A DNA stretch of 56,736 bases, counting the filler, from Dimargaris cristalligena (lineage: Eukaryota), in assembly GCA_003614675.1 (NCBI GenBank). It is 4 parts of 4 records of this genome, joined end to end, with 100 filler letters (N's around TTAATTAATTAA, not from the genome) between each part and the next. Parts side by side here need not be neighbours in the genome. Positions count along the whole stretch, not along the records: positions 28,434 to 42,540 come from ML002965.1; positions 42,641 to 56,736 come from ML002966.1; 2 more parts are not named here. One strand, written 5' to 3'. The notes beneath the pieces were generated by a model. The model saw only the letters and a program-made list of their open reading frames with translations. It was not told the DNA's origin and did no database searches. Shown here piece after piece: positions 35,676-46,447 of the stretch. Within the stretch, counting starts at the first letter, position 1. Every line of letters starts with the position of its first letter. The position numbers and the translations under genes were made by a program.

Positions 35676-38600
35676 ATGGTAAGCTCCGTTTTCTGTGACC
35701 CCAACAGCCCCCCACATGCCGCATCTTGCCCCAAACCCACACCTACCGGTACTCAAAGCCCTATCTTTATCACCCTTCTGCCCTTTCCCCAAAAATAGTC
35801 TTCCCAGTCCGCCTCCGCCCAACCCCTCGATGAAGGGCTTTACTCCCGCCAGCTGTAAGCTCCCAGTCCCCTATATATATACCCCATGCCAATCTACTCT
35901 CGTGACCGAGCCACCGTTACCTTTGCATTTCACTTTCGAGACAGACTACTGGCTCTTCATTAACCCCATTCCGTACTTTCCTAACCTCCGGCGCCGGGTT
36001 TTTATTGATGTACTCTTCGCTTCGCGAACCCCGTCCATGTGCATTAGCTATGTGCTGGGCCGGGAGGCTATGCAAAAAATGAGCGAGTCCAACGTCTTGA
36101 TTGTGGGCCTGAAGGGCCTCGGTGTGGAAACGGCCAAGAACGTCGTCCTGGCCGGTGTCAAGAGCGTATCTCTCTACGACCCTGAACCCACCGCCATTGC
36201 TGATCTGTCTAACCAATTTTTCCTCACCGAGGCCGATGTCGGCAAGCCCCGTGCCGTTGCCACCGCCCCCCGCTTAGCGGAACTTAACCAATACGTGCCC
36301 GTTCATGTTTTGACCGAGGAGCTGACCCCCGAGGTCATTAGCCGCTTCAAGGTAAGTGCTTGCTTGTCACTTCTCTGGTGGATTCCAATTTCGTGGAGTA
36401 CGGCGTTGCTGGTTGAGGTGAATCGAAGGTCCCTCCACTGGCCTATTACTGATCCAACTCTGCTGTGTTCTTTTACCATACTCTGATTAGGTGGTGGTTG
36501 TCACCGAAACCTCCCTCAGCAAACAGCTGGAAATCAACAAGATTACCCACACCGGTGGACAGTGCTTCATTGCTGCCGATATCCGCGGCTTATTCGGGTA
36601 AGTCAGTGTTAACATGGCTTCCCAGCATTTTTCCACCTACTCATATACATGTGTATACTTATTAAAGGTCTTCCCTGGCCCCAGGTGGCTTTATCGCTTG
36701 ATCTAATCCGACTATGTGACTGCTAATGTATACTGCATTTTCCCTATTCTTATCGTGTTTTTCATTCAGCCACATTTTCTGCGACTTCGGCCCTGGGTTC
36801 GTTGTCACTGACACTAATGGCGAGGAGCCCATTAGTGGCATGGTGGCCGCCATCTCCAAGGTAACGTCTACTCCAGATTATACGCGTTGAACCAATTCAC
36901 TACAATGCCCCCCCTACATTCCTACCTTGCCTCCTGGTCAGCTAATTCACCCATACTTAACTATTGTTGACCAGGCCATGCATTAACAACCCTTTGGCAT
37001 TATTATCGCTTAAAATTGCCGCATCGCCAAACATTATAATCCATAGGAAAAGGAAGCCGTCGTGACTTGCCTTGACGAAACTCGCCACGGCCTGGAAGAC
37101 GGTGACTTTGTGACGTTTTCCGAAATCAAAGGCATGTCCGAACTCAACGGCGCTGAGCCCCGCCCCATCAAAGTCATTGGTCCCTACACCTTCAGCATCG
37201 GCGACACTAGTGGTTTCTCCGATTATGTCCGAGGTGGTATTTTCCAGCAGGTCAAGATGCCCAAGATTTACAACTTCGTAAGCACCTACACCGACCCAAC
37301 TACCCTTCACTTATCTAACCCATTTTATTCGGCTATGTCCACTCCCCACTACCTCAGTCTCATATCGACCTATTTTAACTGCCACCTTAATCCTTCCCGC
37401 CCCGTGTAGAAATCCTTGGAAGAATCTCTCAAAGTCCCTGAATTGGTGACTTCCGACTTTGCCAAGTTTGACCGGCCGCAGCAACTCCACCTTGGTTTTC
37501 AGGGACTCGATGCCTTTGTGCAAGCTAACAATGGCAAGCTACCCCGGCCTCACAACAAGACTGATGCCGACGCTGTTCTGGCCAAAACCCAGGAGATCAA
37601 CCGGGCCGGTGATAATATTGAACTCTCTGACGACCTGATCCGCCAACTCGCCTACGGGGCCATCGGACAGCTAGCCCCCATGTCCGCCTTCTTCGGCGGT
37701 ATCGTTGGCCAGGAAGTGCTCAAAGCCTGTAGTGGTAAATTCGGACCCATTATGCAGGACTTTTACTTTGATTCCCTCGAGTCCCTGCCCGAGACTGAAC
37801 TGACCGAGGCCGATTGCCAGCCCCTGAACTCCCGCTATGATGGACAAATCGCTGTCTTTGGCCGCGCGTTCCAGGAGAAGATCGCCAACAACCGCCAGTT
37901 CCTTGTGGGCGCGGGTGCTATCGGCTGCGAAATGCTCAAAAATTGGGCCATGATGGGCTTGGGCACCGGCGAACAGGGCGAGGTCCACGTCACCGATATG
38001 GACACCATCGAAAAGAGTAACCTGAACCGCCAGTTCCTGTTCCGCCCCAGCGATGTGGGACAACTGAAGTCGGATACCGCCATCAAGGCCGTCGCGGCCA
38101 TGAACCCGGCCACTGTGGGTAAAATTATTGCCCACCAGGACCGGGTGGGGCCGGAGACGGAAAACGTTTATAACGATACCTTCTTTGAGGCTCTGGACGG
38201 CGTCACCAACGCCCTGGACAACGTGGAGGCCCGCAAGTACATGGACCGGCGCTGCGTCTACTATCGCAAGCCCCTTTTGGAGTCCGGCACCCTTGGCACC
38301 AAGGGTAACACCCAGGTGGTTCTGCCGTTCCTGACGGAATCATACTCCTCGTCGCAGGACCCCCCCGAAAAGACCATTCCCGTATGCACTCTACACAATT
38401 TCCCCAACGCGATTGCCCATACTATCCAATGGGCCCGGGACCGTTTCGAAGGGCTCTTTAAGCAGGCCCCTGAGAACGTTAACCTCTACCTGACTCAACC
38501 GGGTTTCTTGGACAGCCTGGCCAAGCAGAACGCCAACCAGAAGGATGTGTTGCAAAGCCTGGTGGAACTCCTGGTTGAGGAAAAGCCACAGTACTTCGAA

Positions 38601-39659
38601 CAGTGTGTGCAGTGGGCCCGGCTTAAGTTTGAGAAATACTTTAGCAACGACATTAAGCAGCTGCTCTTCAATTTCCCGCCCGACTCCCAGACTTCGTCGG
38701 GCCAGATGTTCTGGTCCGGACCCAAACGGGCGCCTACTCCCATCCAGTTCGACTCTCAGAACCCCCTGCACCTGGACTTCATCGTCGCGGCGGCCAACCT
38801 GTTCGCCGCTGTGTATGGCCTGAAGGCCGAGACTGACCGGGAGGTGGTTCGGTCGTTGGCGGATAAATGCACCGTGCCCGAATTCCAGCCCAAGCAGGGC
38901 GTGCGCATCCAGGTCCAGGAGAATGAACCGGTGGGCGGGGACAGTTCCGCCGACGGCAATAGCGAGCAGACGGATATCCGTAACATGACCTCAAGCTTAC
39001 CGGCGCCCTCGACGATGCCCGGCTACCGCGTCCACCCGGCGGAGTTCGAAAAGGACGACGACACCAACTTCCACATTGATTTCATCACGGCCACGTCCAA
39101 CCTGCGCGCCACCAACTACAGCATCGCCCCGGCCGACCGCCTCAAGACTAAGTTCATCGCGGGTAAGATCATCCCCGCCATCGCCACCACTACGGCGTTG
39201 GTAACCGGTCTGGTGTGCCTGGAGTTGCTCAAGATCATTGGGGGCCACAGTAAACTGGAGGACTACAAGAATGGATTCATCAATCTAGCCCTACCCTTCT
39301 TTGGGTTTTCGGAACCGATCCCCATGCCCACCATGGAATACCACGACGTGACCTTTAGCCTGTGGGACCGGTTCGACGTCCAGGGGGATATCACCCTGCA
39401 GGAATTCCTGGATTATTTCCAGCGTGAACATGGACTGGAAATCACCATGTTGTCCTCGGGAGTGACCATGCTTTACTCGTTCTTTATGGCCAAGAAGAAG
39501 CTGGAGGAGCGTCGACCCATGAAAATGTCCCAGTTGGTCGAGGCGGTGTCCAAGAAACCCATCCCCCCGCACGTGAAATCGATTGTCCTGGAAATGTGTG
39601 TCAATGACCGTGACGGCGAAGATGTTGAAGTGCCCTATGTGCGTTTGACCATTCGTTAG
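35676..39659 (+). CDS. UBA1: Ubiquitin-activating enzyme E1, 7 exons, 1013 aa
   Basis: Exons 35676-35678 (ATG only), 35799-35854 ([10 protein letters not shown]), 36048-36351, 36491-36597, 36770-36860, 37047-37277, 37410-39659. All introns are GT-AG and in phase (3042 nt in total). Motifs [18 protein letters not shown] and catalytic [10 protein letters not shown]. Confidence 0.95.
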
Positions 39660-40783
39660 AAGTATCTGAACCTTCCACCCTTCTCCCATTTTTCGTTTTC
39701 CCTTTTTATTATGCTACTCCACTTCGTCCGCCGTCGAAGTGCTGTTGGGGTTTGTTTACTGATATTACACCAAGTATCTTACATGCGAGTTCCTTGCTGA
39801 CCGTACACTCCCCCTATGAATTCGTCATATTTCAGTATTCCTTAACCTTATTTTATCGAATTCGCAAACCCTATTAAACTTTCGTGTGGCTTGACTATGG
39901 TAATTAGCGAAACAGGAAATGCCATAGATTTAGGGAAACAATAGGCCGATTTCGATGGATTACTCACAGTGCCCTTTTATATTGGGATCATCCCGACTGC
40001 TGGTAATCAACTTCGTACCCTTTGACTAGCCCTCTAACCTTCCATTAGTCCTATATATACCTCCCAGATAATCCCACGATGGTCCCTCCTTTGGCTTGCA
40101 CCAGTTTGAAGGATTGGTAGGCAACACAGCACACTGAGAGTCAAAGGTAAACAAAGATGGAACCTATCACGTCGCAAGATACTAGGAAAGTAAGCGAGAC
40201 CACCTGTTCGGGGCCAGAAGGAAGGCGAGTAATATTTTAAATTAAGGTTAAAGGGAGGAAGGGGGCATTGTGCTGGGGTTGGTCTATCAAGCGGTAAAAC
40301 GCTCAAACGGGCTTGGAATACAGGGGAAAGGGCAGTTGAACGGAACGTGCAAATAGCGGGTAAACGACCGCAACTGCCCCTTAACCATACTCGTTGCCTA
40401 ATATCAGTTTTACGTTCCGTTGCGTTCAACTGCGTTTTTTTTATATTATATATTAAAATGGTGTAGATTTCCTTTGTGTACTCTTCCATATTTCCCTCCT
40501 GCTTTCCATTTGTAGTTGCCACGACTTACATTGTCTCTTATTTTTAACAGGGACCCATACCCTACGCTCCTTTAACCCAGTCTAGTCCAGTCCAGACCTA
40601 ACAGCCGCTGAATTGCTGGAGACCTGTTGCCTCCTAATCGCTCAGCCCAGCCCGTGTATTAGCCCAAGCCCAAGCCTCCGACATCCATTGGACCACGAAA
40701 GGGCCAACCAGCTGATATATCGGAGTTTCAAATAACGGCAGCTTCCTTTTCTTATAGATTACCGAAACACAGCCCCATACTCG

Positions 40784-42540
40784 ATGAGCCGTAGACGCGA
40801 TCTATTTCATTACGGTAAGTTCGGCGCGCCCTAAATGCCTCGCTCGTACATTTCACTCTACTCTGACACCCCATTCAAAATCGATTTCAATCGGGTATCC
40901 AGCGGGCTAGCATGGTGCGCATACAGGCTCTTGTAGCGAAGCAACCTAATTAAAGGGAGCTTTTCCAATTCAACGTTAGGTCGGTACTAATTAGTATCCA
41001 ATACTTATTTCCTAATTGTTACATGGTTATCTACCCCACGGACTACTTAACACAGACAAAGATATCCCTGGCCCCGGTACCTACAATCCCATTTCGCCGC
41101 AGAATCGGTACCGTCGCTACGGATTTATATCGCAATCGGACCGGTTCACCAAACCCAAACCCCCGGGACCTGGGGGACTGAGTACGCCGGCCATGGTCAC
41201 ACGTAACACCCCCCATGGCGAGCGACTCCTCCGCCGTAAGCGGGTGGGCCTCCCCTCTAACCAGATACCTTCGGCCGAGGTCCGCGTTCAACACGCTGAG
41301 GCGGAATTGGCTAAACTCCAGCGGGCCAATACGACCCTCCAAGCCCAAATAAGCCAAGCCCAGCAGTTTCAAGGGACTTCCCAGGCGGATTTGCAGGCCA
41401 CTATGGCTCAGTATAAACGGCTGCAGCACCAGCACCAAACGGAAACCTCGCGACTCCAAGACGAAATCCGTAATTCCCGCAACGAACTTCAGCTGCGCCG
41501 GTTTTTAAACCAGGAAACGGAGACCAACTTACTGTATCGGCAAAAGAGCCTCCAAAACCAAGTTAGCCAGCTTGAAAAGCAGCTCTACCAACACCAAAGG
41601 GCGGCTGCCCACCAAACCACCGAACTGCGGCAGGATGCCGAGGAATTCCGGGATACCATTAACCAGCTGAACCGCCAATTGGTTCAGCGCAACCAGGACT
41701 TGATTCAGGCCAACGCGCTGAAGGACCAAATCCGGGCCGAGGGGCAGCAGGAGGCCATGTCCCTCCAGAGTAAAATCCGAGGCTTGGAGGGGCAGTTGGT
41801 GGCCCTGCGCCAAACGGGGGTGCAGCACCAAGCCGAAATCGCCGACCTAAAAGACCAGCTACGGCGGCAAGATCACCGCCATGTCGACGCGGACCAGCGC
41901 CACGCGGAAACGGTCCAAACCCTCGAGGAGCACCTCGGCGAGGCGCGGGAAGAGGCGGCAGCCATCCTAGGCCGCCATGCGGAGCTCGAAGGCCAAGTAG
42001 AGTATCTGACGGCTCAAATCATCGACTTGGAGCGCGAGTACGAAGAGAGTGCAGTATCTCACCGGACCGAACTGAAACAGACCCAACGCCAGGCCACGGA
42101 GTTCCGCGAGGCGCTCGAACGGGCTTTAGCTGAAAACAGCCAGATTGCCGACGAACTCAAAACGGTGCAGCAGACCGCAGAGACGCAAGAACACCAGGCT
42201 ATTGAAACCCAGCGGCACCTCCAGAGTCGAACCAAGGCCCTGGAAGCCCTGTTAGGTGAAGCGACCGGCCGCACCACCCGGCTCCGGGACCAATTACAAA
42301 GTTTGGAGGGTCAGCACGCCCAACTCACCGAACGGACCCACGCCCGGGAGGCCGCCCTGCAACAGGACGTGGTAAAAGCTCAGGAACGGCTCGAAACGGT
42401 GCGCCAGCAACTCGAGCAGGACTACACCGCCCAGGTGGAACGCCTGGTGTCCCAGCACGACGATGTAGTCCGGACCCTCCGCCACCAAATGGACCAGCAG
42501 CATAAAACCAGCCAAGTGCTGGCTGAGCAGCGGTCGGAGG
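40784..42540 (+). CDS. 5' half of the HMMR/RHAMM-like coiled-coil protein (exons 40784-40814 and 41056-42540), running off the contig end
   Basis: The spliced start reads MSRRRDLFHY-D-KDIPGPGTYNP...YGFISQSDRF, with the PGPGxY motif of HMMR N-termini. Intron 40815-41055 is GT-AG and in phase. A long coiled coil follows with no stop before the spacer. Confidence 0.8.
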
Positions 42541-42640
42541 NNNNNNNNNNNNNNNNNNNNNNNNNNNNNNNNNNNNNNNNNNNNTTAATTAATTAANNNN
42601 NNNNNNNNNNNNNNNNNNNNNNNNNNNNNNNNNNNNNNNN
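42541..42640. other. Artificial contig spacer
   Basis: 44N-TTAATTAATTAA-44N. Confidence 0.99.
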
Positions 42641-42901
42641 GCCCAGGCGATGTTGTCCGGCCACAACTCGAGTACCTATTGCAAGTAGGCTGTCTTAGCC
42701 ATACTTTAGTATTATTCTTTCTTGGGTCGGGTCCTATGATCGGGTTAGAAAACCCCTGTAATAAAAAGACGCGACTTTGTTGATAATAAGCTAGCAGAGT
42801 GAGTTTTGAGAAGTTACATATAGCACTAGCTAAAAAAACACCCACGAAAACCTTTCTTCTTTTTAAAAGCCATCATACCGACTATTTAACAACCCGAATT
42901 C

Positions 42902-44507
42902 TTAAGCGGGAGGAAGATCGGTGAGGAAGAAGAGACGCACCATGAGCCGTCCCGAGTCACCGAGAAACACCGCTGAATATTCGAAGAGTAACTCTCGGCA
43001 ATACCGGGTAGGCTCGGCCTCCACTTTCCAATGCGCCTGCAGCCAAGAGAAGGCCGGCTGCCAACCAGTCTGTTCAATACAATACCTGATTTTAGGGAAA
43101 GCCCTGTTCTCCCTCTTTAGGTACTCCAAGTACCCGAGGGCCAGCTGGGGTCTCCCGTACTGAACCGTCGTCAACAGCCCCATGAGCACCTCTGGGTAGG
43201 CCAAATCGGATTTTTCGGTCAACATCTCATGTACCTCCCGGATCCAGGGCAGGGAATGGCTTCGGGCCAGGGGGAGGACAATATAGTTGACCAGCGTGCG
43301 CGGGAATTCATGCATCATGTACCGTTTCCAGGCCCTTTCAATATCAGGGCCATTAGACTCGAAGGGCACGTACGTTTTTCGGTCCGAGGTTTCCATCAGG
43401 TGCATCACGCCGTTAGCCAGGTCCAAGTAAGGAGCGGGCAAGAAGAGATGGCGATGCCGGTACAGGGCATCTGAAAAACGTTCGCTCCGGAAATACCGAC
43501 CGGTACGGATGAGTGGACCGGAATTCCCCTTTTGGGCGTGGTACAACAAGGGATAAAATGCCTCAAGCATCGCATCGTCCAGGTCGTCCATTGGCATGAG
43601 GAAACGGGTTTTACTCAGGGTGGCTAACATGGGCTTCAGGGTATTTAAAAATTTGACGCGCTCGGGGGACTGAACGCATACCCGTTGGGGGTCGAAGTCG
43701 GGGATAGTGGATTGATCAACTTTGGGTTCGCCGAGCACGCTTAGGGCGAGGTAGTTCAGCGGTAGTCGGATTATTCCGTTGGCAAAGGCGGATTTGATGT
43801 AGCCTTCCACTAAAGGATAGAGTCGCATAAACAATTCATCCTCCTGGGAAGTCGTAAGACCCCGCTGTAGGGCATGGTCGGCGTGGTCCAAGAACCAGAG
43901 GACCTAGAATGATGCAGATAGGGGTGGATGGGTCGTGTGTTTGAGGCGGAATGAGTGTAATACGATTCAATGGGCAACTTTTGACCGATTAGTTTACCAA
44001 AGGCAGGAGTTCCGATTTACGATATTCCATTGGCAAGCAGTATCTGAGGATACAAGATTCAACTGTCAGTGAGCGTGGTCAATAAGCGCCGCCCCTCCCT
44101 TATTTTTATAGCAATACTTTGGGTCAGGACACTGAAAGAAAAATGAAACAATACAGGTAGTCCCCCTACCCTAATAATAATAATAATTGCGGGATGAGGA
44201 CGCGATAGTTTAGTTCACTTACATTTCGATTGTAGTCAATGCGTTTTTGGGTGATGCTGGCCTTCTGGTCTTTATTAAAATACGCAATATGTATTTCGTG
44301 CTCAAACAGCCAAGGGTGGGGTAGCATCGAGTCCTCAAAGGAAGGCTCCGATGACAATCGGGCCTTCAGTCGCCGAATGTTATTTTCCGTAGCGTAATGG
44401 TTCGTCGCGATAGAAGCCGGGGTAATGGCGGTGGCCACGACGACGACGGCAGGGATGACGATGGCGGCGGCGAATACCCCTATAATTAAATTGCTAAAAA
44501 CACGCAT
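42902..44507 (-). CDS. Putative secreted, multi-exon, lineage-specific protein (internal exon structure uncertain)
   Basis: The first exon starts with a signal peptide (MRVFSNLIIGVFAAAIVIPAVVVVATA). The last exon, 43903-42902, follows ttctag and is in phase with a CCTTTG|gtaaac donor near 43996. TATATAAAG lies about 125 nt upstream. No family recognised. Confidence 0.6.
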
Positions 44508-46447
44508 TATGGATAGGCCAATGAAAGTAATTTAAAAAAATTAAAACTATTAAGCAACGAAAAAAATGAAATATAGAATAATTTTGATTGACTAATCCGC
44601 CATGGCCCTTAATCACTCTGGCGGAACTCTTTATATAGTAAATCCGACTAACTCCCTTTCATAACCTACGGACAACTCGATCCTCCCCACCTCCCCACCC
44701 ACCGCCTTCCCGATTCCATGGTACACGAATAGAACCGGAAGTTCGGATGGCTTTGGGGAAGGGGGGTGGTTAGTTGACACTTGACGAAGGGGTCGGCTAA
44801 ACGACTTAAATACCCCTACTTCGTTACACGAGTTCTACTTGACCCAGGCTTCCCGTTTAAAATCCGGTAAAAGGAAAGAAAATTGTGGGGTGGGGGTGAG
44901 AGGAGCAGATAATCCCATGGAACTTTGGCTAATTCTTGCCCAACACGTCACCCTTTTTAACAACGCCATACTGAAAAGGATGGTTTTTAGGAGGATGAGG
45001 AGTTGTTATTTGCCTTCTTTTTATGTATGATCGAGCTTGTCCCCGACTGTGCCTCTCGTACTCTCGCCAATGGGAGGTTGTTCAAAGTCCTGGCATTCAT
45101 CGGGAAGATTGCCCTCAAGGAATAAAATGATACGTTTCAGCCATCCCTCCCCCGCCCCCCATCACACATTTCCAATGGTTTTGCATCCCCTTGATGGAGC
45201 TAAAGAGGCGTAGTCAGTTCACCAAGCCAGTTGACAAATTATATGTGCTGAATATTTCCATGATGTCAAAAAAATCTCTTCCAAATAGCGCACCGCGGGA
45301 ATGAGTATCAGGCTCGGGGGTTTACTTTTATGTCTTTAGAAAAAAGAAAAGAAAGAAGATATATATGTATATTTATGGAGACCCAGTCGTTGGGAAATGG
45401 TGACCAGCTAGAGAAATAAGGCCACCGATAGGAATATCCGAATCCGGACGAACCGCCGATTAAGTTTTCGGGGGGCGAGAGCCCTGTGACAGGGAACCGT
45501 TGTTCAACGTTGGCGTTATTCTGTACCCTATCTTGTGTAATTGAATAAAACTCCCATAACTACACATACCCGCCCGCCTCGTTCAATCGTAGGTCTGTCC
45601 AGGTTGGTGAGTTGGGGGGAAGTTAATCGTAGTCATTTAGCCAAATTCGTATTGTCCATCTCGTCTAAGGCATTTACAATTCAGGCCTATGGAACTAAAT
45701 ACATAGCAATATCCCCCGTCCACTAAAAATACAATCACTACTGCCACTTACATCAGTAGCCTCTTTCTAATTCAAGACAACTACAGTAGATGGTTATCTA
45801 AATATTTCCAACTCTCTATACGTCTAGAAATCGACTTATTTTTTTGAAGCAGGATACAAGTGGAAGATTTCGGATAGTCCCACGACACATTGTTTAATAA
45901 TTTATTCATAGGCGGGGGAAAATGCCAAACCCCCCCCCCCAGACCCTCCCATTTAACGGGGTTATATTAAAATAGTTTATATATATATATATAAATATGA
46001 AAACAGGAAAACTAAGGGATCAAAAAGGGTGGATTAGACAAACCCACATGTGACTGCGGGGGGTTACCAAAGTGACGTAGGGGGACGGAAGCAGGGATTA
46101 TAGGCAGGCGTATTACCGGATATTAAAAGGTAATAAATAGGGGTAGGTATTCAATATATGAAAGGACGTGGAGGACACAACAAACAAGGTATGTATAATG
46201 GTGGGGTGGATGAGCAAGATCACAATGTACGCTATTAGGAGATCTAAACAAAATACTGTTAAAGACAAAGGGGAAACCCCCTGTTATAAACGGCCGGACA
46301 AGAGGTATCAATGAGAGGAGGTGGTGATGGTGGTGAGAAACAAAAAGAGAGGGGGAGAAGGGTGATGGGGTGGACGATATTGAGGGCCCACATCCCAGTA
46401 TAATAATATCAAGGGGAACACACGACCAAGCTGGTCCGCTTAAAATC

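Noticed and set aside
35659-35740. ORF-track start ([11 protein letters not shown]...) for the minus-strand coiled-coil gene, implying head-to-head overlap with UBA1
   Set aside because: Non-ATG start inside UBA1 intron 1; better explained as read-through across the inversion junction.
35695-36047. Long N-terminal extension of the UBA1 ORF in the track
   Set aside because: Mostly intronic; the true exon 2 ([10 protein letters not shown]) is in another frame.
3287-39659. Apparent ubiquitin-pathway cluster (DSK2, Ssh4/Ear1-like gene, UBA1)
   Set aside because: The three genes lie on different, artificially joined contigs.
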